Below are positions 18,086-29,989 of a stretch of 64,000 bases of DNA, piece after piece. The notes beneath the pieces were generated by a model that saw only the letters and a program-made list of their open reading frames with translations, was not told the origin of the DNA and did no database searches. Positions within the stretch are counted from its first letter, which is position 1, and the number at the start of each line of letters is the position of its first letter. The translations under genes and the position numbers were made by a program. This DNA comes from an uncultured bacterium (GTDB taxonomy: Bacteria > Chloroflexota > UBA5177 > JANWHV01): the NCBI GenBank assembly GCA_963729625.1, contig CAVSOU010000010.1, positions 320,001-384,000 of the forward strand, read 5' to 3'.

Positions 18086-19329
18086 AGATCGCGCTTGTCT
18101 CTCCATACGATTATCGGGTGCCCGGCGGTGTCGGAAAGCACATCGAGGCCCTTCGCACGCAGCTGGTGCGAAAAGGCCATGAGGTGCGAATCATGGCGCC
18201 GGGTGGCGACGATCATGTCGAGGAGGACCGCTTCGGCGTCTATCGCATCGGGCGAGTGACACCGATTCCCGCCAATGGCTCAGTCGCCCGCATCTCGATC
18301 GGCGTTCCCCTGTACACCGGCCTGGCGCGTAAAGTACGGTGGGTACTCGATGCTGAGCGCTTCGACGTGCTTCACGTGCACGAGCCCCTCATGCCGACGC
18401 TGCCTCTGGCCGTCCTCATGGCGCGCGTGCCGGGCGCGATCAAGGTCGGCACCTTTCACGCCTTCCGCGAGAAATACTACGGCTACTACTATGGACGGCC
18501 GCTGTTGCGGAGCGTCGCAAACAGGCTCGACGGTCGAATAGCTGTGTCTCGGGCAGCTTATGAGTTCGTCAGCAGGTATTTTCCTGGCACGTATTCGCTG
18601 ATTCCAAATGGTGTCGACATCGATCGATTCAACAATCGTGTCGAGCCTATCGCCAGGTATCGAGACGGCAGGCCGACAGTCCTGTTCGTAGGCCGGCTTG
18701 AGAAGCGAAAGGGCCTAGCTTACCTTATTCGTGCATACTCCGACGTGCGAGCCGTGATTCCCGATGTGCGTATTCTCGTAGTCGGCAGGCAGGGTCGAGG
18801 CGGGCGTGGTTATGTCGACTACGTGCGCGACCACAACCTTCATGGAATCGAGTTCGTAGGTGAAGTCAGCCAGGCCGACCTGCCGCACTATTACCAAAGC
18901 TGCGATGTGTTCTGCGCCCCCGCGCTGAGTGGTGAGAGCTTTGGCATGGTTCTTCTCGAGGCGATGGCGGTTGGCAAGCCCGTGGTGGCCACGCTGATCG
19001 ACGGGTACAAGCAGGTGGTGCAGGATGGAGTTCAAGGGCGACTGGTGCAGCCGCGCGATAGCCGGGGCCTCGCGCAGGCTTTGATCGATGTGCTGTCTTC
19101 AGAGGAGGCTCGCCGCAACTACGGGCAGCATGGCAGCATCACCGCTCGTGCGTTCAGCTGGGAGCGTGTTTCGTCGCGCTTGCTCAGGTTTTATCAGGAC
19201 GTCCAGCGCCAGTCCTCGGATGGGGTGCGCGACTGGATATCCTCGCTGGATATTCAGGCTCCGTGGTTATCGGATCCAGCTGCGGACTCCGCGGAGTCAG
19301 CAAGCCTGTCGGAAGGCGCTACGCCGTGA
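18082..19329 (+). CDS. PimA-like GT4 glycosyltransferase
   Basis: MKIALVSPYD...PGGV, PIPANGSVARI, HVHEP, GESFGMVLLEAMA; context with patA- and pgsA-like genes. Confidence 0.85.
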   Translation: MKIALVSPYDYRVPGGVGKHIEALRTQLVRKGHEVRIMAPGGDDHVEEDRFGVYRIGRVTPIPANGSVARISIGVPLYTGLARKVRWVLDAERFDVLHVHEPLMPTLPLAVLMARVPGAIKVGTFHAFREKYYGYYYGRPLLRSVANRLDGRIAVSRAAYEFVSRYFPGTYSLIPNGVDIDRFNNRVEPIARYRDGRPTVLFVGRLEKRKGLAYLIRAYSDVRAVIPDVRILVVGRQGRGGRGYVDYVRDHNLHGIEFVGEVSQADLPHYYQSCDVFCAPALSGESFGMVLLEAMAVGKPVVATLIDGYKQVVQDGVQGRLVQPRDSRGLAQALIDVLSSEEARRNYGQHGSITARAFSWERVSSRLLRFYQDVQRQSSDGVRDWISSLDIQAPWLSDPAADSAESASLSEGATP

Positions 19330-19353
19330 CTAGTCGGAATGTGAGGGGGAGCC

Positions 19354-20007
19354 ATGTTCAATAAGGCGGTGCAAGATTGGGTTCGAACGCTTGCAATCAA
19401 AGTGATGAAGCGTTTCGACAAGGTCCCTATCACCCCCAACCAGGTGACCGTGGCGGGCCTCCTCTTCACGCTGGTTGTCGCCTGGCTCACTGGTACCGGA
19501 TATGTGTTTGCCGCCGGCATTGTGCTCGCCGCGAGCAGTGTCACCGATATCGCCGATGGCGCTTTGGCGAGGGCACGCAATTCCTGCAGCGATTACGGAG
19601 CCTTTTTCGACTCGCTCCTGGACCGTATCGGCGAAGCCGTGATTGGCATCGGCATTATCGTGTATTATGTCAACCACGGTCATGCAATGGAAGGTGCGCT
19701 GCTGACCTACTTGAGTGTATGCGGCGCGCTCATGGTCAGCTACGCCCGGGCCCGTGCCGAGGGTCTGAATATCGAGTGCAACGTGGGATTCATGGCGCGC
19801 CCGGAACGAATCGTCGTCACGTGCGCCGGATTGCTACTGTTCCCTGTGTTTGGACTCTGGATTCTGAGCGCGTCGCTCTGGGTGCTCATCGTGACCACGT
19901 TCTTTACCACCGCGCAGAGGCTGCACCACGTCTATACCGTAACGCACCCTCATCTCGTGATCGATGAGCGCCCGAGGTTGCTCAGGCGACGACGCGCCGC
20001 GAGCTAG
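19354..20007 (+). CDS. CDP-alcohol phosphatidyltransferase (PIP synthase-like)
   Basis: TPNQVT, DIADGALAR...GAFFDSLLDRI, SYARARAE, RPER. Confidence 0.9.
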   Translation: MFNKAVQDWVRTLAIKVMKRFDKVPITPNQVTVAGLLFTLVVAWLTGTGYVFAAGIVLAASSVTDIADGALARARNSCSDYGAFFDSLLDRIGEAVIGIGIIVYYVNHGHAMEGALLTYLSVCGALMVSYARARAEGLNIECNVGFMARPERIVVTCAGLLLFPVFGLWILSASLWVLIVTTFFTTAQRLHHVYTVTHPHLVIDERPRLLRRRRAAS

Positions 20008-20178
20008 TCGTTCATTCTGCTCGATTCGCCGAGCCACAAGGTTCCAGGAGTGTTCGTCGAGAACGCGGCGTGGTAGCATTGTCCCAGCGCTCACGCCATT
20101 TCTGTGCAAGCATAGGTACCTATGTGCCTGGCGGCGCACCTCAGTCTGACTCCACATGTACGACCCAGAGGAGGCCGA

Positions 20179-21456
20179 ATGTCGACATTCGCACGGACCT
20201 CGAGCGCTCGCGACGCGCTCAGCCAGGTTGACCCTGAGATCCTTGCCGCTATCGAGGGCGAGCAGCGCCGCGAGACCGACAAGATCGAGCTGATCGCCTC
20301 CGAGAACTACACAAGCGCTGCAGTGCTTGAGGCGCAGGGCTCCGTCCTGACGAACAAGTACGCCGAGGGCTATCCCGGTCGCCGGTACTACGGCGGCTGC
20401 GAGTGGGTCGACGTGGTCGAGCGTCTTGCTCGGTCGCGTGCAATGGACCTCTTTCAGGCAGCCCACGCGAATGTGCAGCCGCATAGCGGATCGACTGCCA
20501 ACATGGTCGCGTACGCGTCGGTCTTGCAACACGGCGACACGATCCTTGGTCTTCGCCTCGATCAGGGCGGCCACCTGACCCACGGCAGCCCGGTCAATTT
20601 CTCAGGGATGTCCTATCACGTCGTTTCCTACGGGGTGAATCGCGAGACAGAGCAGATCGACTACGACGAGGTTGCCAGAATTGCCCGAGAATGCCGCCCG
20701 AAGGTGATTGTGGCGGGCGGAAGCGCATACGCGCGATTTCTGGACTTTCCGCGATTTCGGGAGATCAGCGACGAGGTAGGTGCCGTATTGGTCGTCGACA
20801 TGGCCCACATCGCCGGCCTTGTGGCCGGAGGTGTGCATCCGAGCCCGGTGCCGCACGCACAGATCGTGACCAGCACCACGCACAAGACGCTCAGGGGCCC
20901 GCGTTCGGGATTAATTCTCTGCGACGATGAGCACAAGAAAGCGATCGACAAGACAGTGTTTCCCGGCATGCAAGGTGGCCCGCTGATGCACGTCATTGCT
21001 GCCAAAGCTGTGGCGTTCCACGAAGCGCTGCAACCTGCGTTCAAGTCGTACGCCACGACCGTCGTCAGTAACGCGAAGGTCCTTGCCTCGTCCCTTGAGG
21101 ACGCCGGCCTACGCATCGTCAGTGGGGGAACCGACACCCACTTGTTGCTCGTCGATCTGCGGTCTGTCGGACTCGACGGCAAGACCGCCGAGCGCGTGCT
21201 GGACGTCGTCGGCATCACTGCTAACCGCAATGCCATCCCATTTGATCCTGAACCGCCGAACAACCCAAGCGGGCTTCGGTTGGGTAGCGCCGCGGTCACG
21301 ACTCGTGGCTTCACCGCGGACGACATGCGTACACTGGCCGACATGATTGCGACCGTCTTGCACGCTCCGACAGACGACGTCATCCTGGCGGCAAGCTCTC
21401 GCCAGGTGGCCGAACTCACGTCGCGCTACCCCGTTCCCGGCATAACAGATCGGTAG
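20179..21456 (+). CDS. glyA: Serine hydroxymethyltransferase
   Basis: [28 protein letters not shown], and PLP lysine motif [10 protein letters not shown]. Confidence 0.98.
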   Translation: MSTFARTSSARDALSQVDPEILAAIEGEQRRETDKIELIASENYTSAAVLEAQGSVLTNKYAEGYPGRRYYGGCEWVDVVERLARSRAMDLFQAAHANVQPHSGSTANMVAYASVLQHGDTILGLRLDQGGHLTHGSPVNFSGMSYHVVSYGVNRETEQIDYDEVARIARECRPKVIVAGGSAYARFLDFPRFREISDEVGAVLVVDMAHIAGLVAGGVHPSPVPHAQIVTSTTHKTLRGPRSGLILCDDEHKKAIDKTVFPGMQGGPLMHVIAAKAVAFHEALQPAFKSYATTVVSNAKVLASSLEDAGLRIVSGGTDTHLLLVDLRSVGLDGKTAERVLDVVGITANRNAIPFDPEPPNNPSGLRLGSAAVTTRGFTADDMRTLADMIATVLHAPTDDVILAASSRQVAELTSRYPVPGITDR

Positions 21457-21733
21457 CCGCGCCTGCACCGCGTTGCGGATAATGTGCTGTGAGAGCGCGT
21501 CGAACTTGCTTGCAGTAGGTGGTCGCGCAGGGGTCAGAGCAACGATGCAGTCGTTCTCACCGCGCGACTTGCAGTATCAGCAAGCGCGACGGTCGTATCT
21601 CATCGCGATACCGCCGAGGCCAGATCGAACGGTTCCGCGCGTGCTGCCACGAGGCGCAACGCCATCTTGCCCGGGCCATGCGCAGCCACTCGCGCGGCGA
21701 TACCAGGCAGCGACGGCGCCACAAATGCGGCTC

Positions 21734-22177
21734 TTAGAGCCCAGGAACTACGGCACGCAGCAGTCGATGCAGCAGTGAGTCGTTCTGTGGCTTCTGCTTT
21801 GGCGCCGGCAGCGCAGCCAGCGGCACTGTGTCACTCCCGGGGGACACAAGTGGGCTGATCTCGAGCTGAATATCACCAGGCTGCACGTAGCCGTACTTGC
21901 GAGCCTCCTGCATGTAGAATGACCGCGAATGTGCGAACGTCAGGTCTTGCTGAAGTGTTCGGATCTGGGAGTTGAGTGAGTTGATTTCGGCGATACGCTG
22001 CAGCTTATCCTGGCCGGTCTGATAGCTGACCCAGGCCTTGTCCGCGAAATTGGCGGCGAAAAACACAGCGGAGACGATCAGCAACGAAATACCAAGCCGG
22101 CCTGTCGCCTTGTCCCACCCGACAGAGCGATACGCCGCGCGCAGACTCCACAACAGCCGCCTAAGATCGCGTTTCAC
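21734..22177 (-). CDS. Septum formation initiator (FtsB/DivIC-like)
   Basis: Single TM helix, coiled coil, and EARKYGYVQPGD motif. Confidence 0.7.
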   Translation of the reverse strand: MKRDLRRLLWSLRAAYRSVGWDKATGRLGISLLIVSAVFFAANFADKAWVSYQTGQDKLQRIAEINSLNSQIRTLQQDLTFAHSRSFYMQEARKYGYVQPGDIQLEISPLVSPGSDTVPLAALPAPKQKPQNDSLLHRLLRAVVPGL

Positions 22178-22326
22178 CGATCTACCCCCAAACGGCTTGC
22201 GAATCAGTTCGGCCTCACGCCGGCGGCCTTTAAGCTCCGATATACCACCTTGCTCGGTACGGGGCCCGATTGTCTCGTTGAGGTGAAGGCCTCGGCCTCA
22301 ATCCTGTCCGGCCAAGGTCGGACCCA

Positions 22327-22605
22327 CTAGGCCTGCGCTTGTGCCTGGTTCAGCTTCTTCATCAGCCGCGACTTGCGTCTGGCGGCATTGTTCTTGTGCA
22401 GAATACCCTTGGAAGCGGCCGAATCGAGCTCCTTCAGGGCCCGTGCAACAGCCTCGGCACCGACGTCTTCGCTCACATTTGCGGTTCGAAGGCTTTTCTC
22501 GGCCGTCTTTACGAATGTGCGCACGGCGGATTTGGCAGCGCGGTTGCGGATGTGCCGTCGCTCTGACACGTGTGTACGCTTGATAGCGGACTTAATATTG
22601 GGCAC
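22327..22605 (-). CDS. rpsT: 30S ribosomal protein S20
   Basis: MPNIKSAIKR...KGILHKNNAARRKSRL. Confidence 0.98.
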   Translation of the reverse strand: MPNIKSAIKRTHVSERRHIRNRAAKSAVRTFVKTAEKSLRTANVSEDVGAEAVARALKELDSAASKGILHKNNAARRKSRLMKKLNQAQAQA

Positions 22606-22700
22606 GAACAGTTCTCCATCAGCGCGACCCCGGGGCTACCTGGTCGCCGTTATCAGCTTCAAGGCGCAAACACACCTCGGCATCTCAAAGTCCATCGGTA

Positions 22701-22729
22701 ACTATAGCAGAGGCGCGGCGCATGCGCAA
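22701..22729 (-). promoter_or_regulatory. rpsT promoter
   Basis: TTGCGC, 17 nt, extended -10 TGcTATAGT. Confidence 0.7.
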
Positions 22730-22857
22730 TCTCCTTGGCCACATAGTAAAGAAGCTCGCGAATAGCCGCCACCTCGGCTACAACCGCCAGCATATCTGAG
22801 CTCTGCTCGTTCGGTGCTACGTCGGCTTTCCGAGTCCGGAGGTTCACGAGCATGCGG

Positions 22858-22886
22858 TTTGCCGACTCCCCAAGCCCAACTATACT
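22858..22886 (+). promoter_or_regulatory. Candidate promoter of the glycan cluster
   Basis: TTTGCC/TTGCCG, 16-17 nt, TATACT (22881-86), divergent from rpsT. Confidence 0.5.
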
Positions 22887-23153
22887 GGTACTAGAGCACA
22901 GGCCGCCGCGTGAATCGGTGTGGTCAGCGCCTGCTGTACTGGCTAACGTGGTTTTCGTCGAAAACGACATAAGGTGCCTCACGGTCGCGATTCTGTGCTG
23001 CCGGCGTCAGCCGGCTTTGGCACACTGAAGAGTCGCCGGAGATTGGATAGCGCGCAGAGCATCTGCCGGGGGGGTGGTTGCGCCGGGCGCAACGCACTGC
23101 TTCGCGCGATTCATAGACGCACTGACTTGTTGTCGTTCTTGGGGGTGCAACGG

Positions 23154-24383
23154 ATGGATGCTCGATGCCGGTTCTGTGGCTCCACATCGTGCCGGTCGTT
23201 TGTCGATCTCGGAATGTCGCCGCTCTGCGAGAGTTTCCTGCGGCGGGACCAGTTGAATGGCATGGAGCCGTTCTACCCTCTTCACGTGTTTGTGTGCGAG
23301 AAGTGTCTGCTCGTTCAGGTGCAGCAGTACGTCGGTCCCGCGGAAATATTCAGCGATTATGCGTATTTCTCGTCATACTCCGATTCCTGGCTCGACCACT
23401 CTCGACGCTACGTCGAGATGGCAATCGAGCGGTTTGGGCTCAACGACCGTAGCTTGGCAATGGAGATTGCCAGCAACGACGGATATCTTCTCCAGTACTT
23501 CGTGCAAATGGGTGTTCCGGTGCTCGGCATCGAACCTGCCCGGAATGTCGCGGAAGTGGCGCTCAGCAAGAATGTACCTACCAGGATTGCCTTCTTCGGA
23601 CAGGCGCTTGCGCATGAGCTTGCCGCGGAAGGCGCTAGCGCGGACCTGATCGTCGGCAACAACGTTCTGGCCCAGATTCCAGACATAAACGACTTTGTCG
23701 CCGGGCTGAAGACTGCGCTCAAGCCGTCCGGAACGATTACGTTCGAGTTCCCTCACCTGCTCAAGCTCATGAGGGAGAATCAGTTCGACACGATCTACCA
23801 CGAGCACTTTTCGTACTTCAGTCTCCTTGTCGCAAGCGAGATATTCGCCGCACACGGGCTGACTGTGTTCGACGTAGACGAACTCTCGACTCATGGCGGG
23901 TCGCTCCGCATCTATGCCCGGCACGCCGAAGACAGCTCGCGCCCGATGACAGACCGCTTGAATGCGTTGCGCACGCTGGAAGTGGAAGAAGGGCTGGATC
24001 GTGTCGAAGGCTACGCGGGATTTGGTGACCAGGTCATGGAGACAAAACGGAAGCTATTGGAGTTCCTCATTGCCGCGCGACGAGGCGGGAGGTCGGTCGC
24101 AGGCTATGGAGCTCCCGGCAAGGGAAACACGCTGCTTAACTACTGCGGGATACGGACCGACTTCCTGGACTACACGGTCGACCGCAATCCGCACAAACAC
24201 GGTATGTTCTTGCCGGGAACGCACATTCCAATCTTCCCCCCGGAGAAGATCCGCGAGACCAAGCCGGACTATGTCTTGATTCTGCCCTGGAATCTCAAAG
24301 GCGAGATCATGCAACTCCACTCCTATGTCGCCGAATGGGGAGGAAAGTTCGTCGTGCCGATTCCTGAAGTGACCGTGTTCTAG
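23154..24383 (+). CDS. NDP-hexose C-methyltransferase family protein
   Basis: Zn-binding CRFC...CEKC, EIASNDG, FDTIYHEH, THGGSLR, GYGAPGKG, ILPWN. Confidence 0.9.
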   Translation: MDARCRFCGSTSCRSFVDLGMSPLCESFLRRDQLNGMEPFYPLHVFVCEKCLLVQVQQYVGPAEIFSDYAYFSSYSDSWLDHSRRYVEMAIERFGLNDRSLAMEIASNDGYLLQYFVQMGVPVLGIEPARNVAEVALSKNVPTRIAFFGQALAHELAAEGASADLIVGNNVLAQIPDINDFVAGLKTALKPSGTITFEFPHLLKLMRENQFDTIYHEHFSYFSLLVASEIFAAHGLTVFDVDELSTHGGSLRIYARHAEDSSRPMTDRLNALRTLEVEEGLDRVEGYAGFGDQVMETKRKLLEFLIAARRGGRSVAGYGAPGKGNTLLNYCGIRTDFLDYTVDRNPHKHGMFLPGTHIPIFPPEKIRETKPDYVLILPWNLKGEIMQLHSYVAEWGGKFVVPIPEVTVF

Positions 24384-24387
24384 CGCC

Positions 24388-25692
24388 ATGCTGACGATTG
24401 ACCCCGCTCCACAGAACGCCGCCGTCGGCGCGGAAATGATCGGTCTGATTAGCCGGCTCTATCCAATATGTCGAAGCATAACTGGAAATGGGTTCCGCGA
24501 GACACTGGCGATCCTGCAAGAGTACCTGCCAATAGAGCGGCATGAAGTGCGGAGTGGTACCGAGGTCTTCGATTGGGTCGTGCCCTCAGAGTGGAACATC
24601 GTCGACGCCTGGGTGAAGAACCAGGCCGGCGAACGTGTGATCGATTTTCGACGCAGCAACCTGCATGTGCTCAACTATAGCGTGCCGATCCATGCCACCA
24701 TGTCGCTTGCCGAGCTCAGGCCACACCTCGCGACCATTCCGGCCCACCCGGACTGGATTCCCTATCGCACCTCGTACTACCGAGAGGCATGGGGCTTCTG
24801 CCTCAGCCAAAGTGCGCTCGATGCCCTCCCCGAGGGCCAGTATGACGTGCACATCGACTCGTCGCTGACGCAGGGCTCGTTGACCTATGGTGAATACTAT
24901 TTACCTGGTCAGACCGATGACGTAGTGCTCATCTCATGCCACGCGTGCCACCCGTCGTTGTGCAACGACAATCTGTCAGGGATCGCGATTGCCACGTTTC
25001 TGGCCCGAAATCTGGCCGGCATGTCGCGCCGTTACTCATATCGCTTCGTGTTCATCCCCGGTACGATAGGGGCCATCACGTGGCTGAGCCGTAACGAGGC
25101 GGCCACGCAGCGGATCAAGCACGGACTCGTCATTACTTGCGCCGGAGACGCGGGAAGACCAACGTACAAGCGGAGCCGGCGCGGGAATGCGTCGATTGAC
25201 CGAGCCATGGCCATCGCGCTGCGCGACTCCGGCCGTCCGTATGAGCTCGTCGATTTCTCGCCCTATGGCTACGACGAGCGCCAGTATTGTTCACCGGGCT
25301 TCAATCTGCCCGTTGGATGCTTCATGCGCACGCCGCACGGCCAGTATCCTGAATACCATTCGTCAGCCGACAACCTTGACATCATGTCTGCCGAAAGCCT
25401 CTTCGACTCACTTGTGCAGTGTCGTGCGGCGTTGTTGACGATCGAGCAAGACCGAACGTACGTAAATCAGAATCCCAAATGTGAGCCGCAGTTGGGTAGG
25501 CGCGGCCTTTACCGATCGATCGGCGGCCAGACAGAAGAAGCTGTGGATGAGCTTGCGCTTCTCTGGGTCTTGAACCTCGCGGACGGCAGTCATTCGCTGC
25601 TCGACATGGCGGAGCGTTCGGGCGTTCGCTTCGACCGCATCCAGCGTGCGGCTGTGGCCCTGCTGGAGCACAAGCTGCTCGTCGAGGCATGA
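24388..25692 (+). CDS. DUF4910/DUF2172 aminopeptidase-like protein with C-terminal winged helix
   Basis: PICRSITG, VFDW.VP.EW, IPYRTSYY, CHPSLCNDNLSG, GYDERQYCSPG, EYHSS.D, EPQLGRRGLY. Confidence 0.85.
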   Translation: MLTIDPAPQNAAVGAEMIGLISRLYPICRSITGNGFRETLAILQEYLPIERHEVRSGTEVFDWVVPSEWNIVDAWVKNQAGERVIDFRRSNLHVLNYSVPIHATMSLAELRPHLATIPAHPDWIPYRTSYYREAWGFCLSQSALDALPEGQYDVHIDSSLTQGSLTYGEYYLPGQTDDVVLISCHACHPSLCNDNLSGIAIATFLARNLAGMSRRYSYRFVFIPGTIGAITWLSRNEAATQRIKHGLVITCAGDAGRPTYKRSRRGNASIDRAMAIALRDSGRPYELVDFSPYGYDERQYCSPGFNLPVGCFMRTPHGQYPEYHSSADNLDIMSAESLFDSLVQCRAALLTIEQDRTYVNQNPKCEPQLGRRGLYRSIGGQTEEAVDELALLWVLNLADGSHSLLDMAERSGVRFDRIQRAAVALLEHKLLVEA

Positions 25693-25883
25693 GTCGAACA
25701 CCGTTCGACTGAACGCGTCGTCAGGGCATGTCCAGAATCTCTAGGTGATTGATGCGCCGGCAGCGCCAGTGTGGCGCTCGAGCGGTACTCCCGCGTGAAA
25801 TCAGGCTTCGCTGGACCCGCGCGACGACGGCGGGCCGCGCCGTGAAGAAACGATGGGGAACGATGGCGCATGTATAATTGTGA

Positions 25884-27748
<1,865 letters not shown>

Positions 27749-27752
27749 GCCG

Positions 27753-29006
27753 ATGCCGGATACGGTGATTCACGTCAATGGAGTCGGCAAGAAGTACCGA
27801 CTGGGTGCGCGGACGGCGACCTACCGCACGCTGCGTGAGTCCGCAGTCGCGGCTGCGGCGTCTCCCCTCAGACTCGGGTTGCGCGCCATGCGCGGCGAGC
27901 CCTTGCGCCAGATCAGGCCGGAGTTCTGGGCGTTGCGCGACGTCAGTTTTGAGGTCAAGCGAGGTGAAGTGCTTGGCATCATTGGCCGGAACGGCGCCGG
28001 GAAAAGCACGTTACTCAAGGTATTGAGCCGGATCACCGAGCCGACAGAGGGCGAGATTCGTCTGCGCGGCAGAGTTGCATCGCTGCTTGAGGTAGGTACC
28101 GGCTTTCACCCCGAACTGACCGGAAGAGAGAACGTCTTCCTTAATGGGGCCATTCTTGGCATGGCCAGAGCAGAGATCCAACGGAAATTCGACGAGATAG
28201 TGGCCTTCGCGGAAGTCGAGCAGTTCATCGACACGCAGGTGAAGCACTTTTCCAGTGGCATGTACTTGCGACTCGCCTTCTCCGTGGCCGCGCACCTCGA
28301 GCCGGACGTGCTGGTGGTCGACGAGGTGCTCGCCGTGGGCGATGCGGCGTTCCAGAAGAAGAGTTTGGGCAAGATGAGCGAGGTCAGCCGGGAAGGGCGC
28401 ACAGTGCTGTTCGTCAGTCACAATATGGCGGCTATTCGGACACTATGTTCGCGCGCGATTCTGCTCGATCGCGGCCGTATTCACGATCACGGCTCGACTT
28501 CGACGGTTATCGACGCCTACCTGCAGGGCCTAGAACATGGAGAGGACGGTGACCGGCTTCCGCGATCTGACCCAGGCGCAGTCGGCGAAGGCACCCGAAT
28601 TTTCTGCACGGACCAACATGACCGGATCCGGCTGGAGTTCAAGATTTGGGAACCGTGGAGAATCCATCTTGAGTTCGATATGTTCTATGCAGCGACCGAT
28701 GTCATAGCGGCAGTTGGACTCCGTACTGTTGACGGCACGCCGCTTGTCACGTACTGGTCCAGACCGCGGGACCTGACACCGGGCTCCTATGCTGCGGTCT
28801 TTAGCTTCGACTTACCTGTGGCTCACACCGACCTGCAATTCGCGGTTGGACTAACAAGTCGAGAAAGGCAATTCTACTATGTCGATGGAGTCTCCAGGGT
28901 TTCGATTGCCGATGTTGCCTTGGGTGAGCAACCCTATCGGACACGCGACACGTCGGTGCTTGTGACCGACCAACGGCCGGAGATCTCGGAACGCGGAGCG
29001 GAGTGA
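27753..29006 (+). CDS. wzt: Polysaccharide ABC exporter ATPase (Wzt) with C-terminal extension
   Basis: Walker A GRNGAGKST, GFHPELTGREN, signature FSSGM, DEVLAVGD; about 150-aa beta-rich C-terminal region. Confidence 0.93.
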   Translation: MPDTVIHVNGVGKKYRLGARTATYRTLRESAVAAAASPLRLGLRAMRGEPLRQIRPEFWALRDVSFEVKRGEVLGIIGRNGAGKSTLLKVLSRITEPTEGEIRLRGRVASLLEVGTGFHPELTGRENVFLNGAILGMARAEIQRKFDEIVAFAEVEQFIDTQVKHFSSGMYLRLAFSVAAHLEPDVLVVDEVLAVGDAAFQKKSLGKMSEVSREGRTVLFVSHNMAAIRTLCSRAILLDRGRIHDHGSTSTVIDAYLQGLEHGEDGDRLPRSDPGAVGEGTRIFCTDQHDRIRLEFKIWEPWRIHLEFDMFYAATDVIAAVGLRTVDGTPLVTYWSRPRDLTPGSYAAVFSFDLPVAHTDLQFAVGLTSRERQFYYVDGVSRVSIADVALGEQPYRTRDTSVLVTDQRPEISERGAE

Positions 29007-29074
29007 GGAGAAGGATTGGTCGCAAGCTGTCCAAGATGAGGCTATACGGCTGGCGCATCGGCCGTAACGCTCCA

Positions 29075-29785
29075 CTATTGGCGCTCCGGCATTGCGACCC
29101 TAAGTTGCTTATCAAATGCCTCCAACCACACCTCTAGCATGCGCTTCTCGCTGGTGCTGGAATCCACCAAGAAACGGGAGAGATACTCTTGCGCGGTGCT
29201 ACGAGAATCGAGCAGAGATGGACTTTCCCGCGTCTTCCTGGCCTTGATCTCAAAGTTGTAAGTGCCCTGCCATTCAGTGCTGCGTATGTCCTCCGGCTTG
29301 AACGCGAAAAGCTGTAGCAGTTTCGACAGGCTCGAGCGCGTGTAACCAGCGTAGTGAACGGCCCAGCCAGCTTCCTGCGACCCGAAAATATGTCGCATCG
29401 CGAGGCACTTCCTCCGATCGCTACTTCTTCGGCTGAGTGCAATCCTCGCCATTTGCTGGAAGTCGGGCACCTCTATCCATAGAATGCCCTCACGCACGAT
29501 CCATGCGTGCCAACTCGCCAGAAGCGCGCATGCAACCGGGCGCGGAAAATGCTCGAACACATGGTGCAGTCGCACTTCAGCGATGCTGTTCGCCGCGTAC
29601 TTCAATGCGAGCAAGTCGGCATATTGGTCGGCAACGCTCGTCTCCTGCACTGTGTGCTCAGACGGTGGGAAGTCAATATTGATATATCCCTGCAGGTACG
29701 TCTGACCGCAACCAAGGTGTAGCCTTGGCAGTAATTCATCTGCAGCAGCAGTGGAATGCCCTGGGAATGCGGAGGTCGGTTTCAT
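29075..29785 (-). CDS. Class I SAM-dependent methyltransferase-like protein
   Basis: RLHLGCG...GYINID, HHVFEH, EVPD; GGAGG RBS. Confidence 0.8.
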   Translation of the reverse strand: MKPTSAFPGHSTAAADELLPRLHLGCGQTYLQGYINIDFPPSEHTVQETSVADQYADLLALKYAANSIAEVRLHHVFEHFPRPVACALLASWHAWIVREGILWIEVPDFQQMARIALSRRSSDRRKCLAMRHIFGSQEAGWAVHYAGYTRSSLSKLLQLFAFKPEDIRSTEWQGTYNFEIKARKTRESPSLLDSRSTAQEYLSRFLVDSSTSEKRMLEVWLEAFDKQLRVAMPERQ

Positions 29786-29989
29786 CCTTGCCTCCGACAT
29801 GCTTGCCGCATCGAACAGATGCCAGGTGGGACCAATGAATCCTGATGCTCTCGTGCCTGAGACATAATGCGTAGAGTATCCTGATACCGTTGTGGCTTAC
29901 AAGATGTGCGATCCGTCCCGAGGCTACCTGGAAGCCAGGCAGCCCTATTGACATATTTCAGCAAAGCCGCCACAGGATAATGAGTACCC

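Noticed and set aside
21473-21778. ORFs between glyA and the ftsB-like gene
   Set aside because: No RBS or motif, and Arg/Ala/Pro-rich composition typical of spurious frames.
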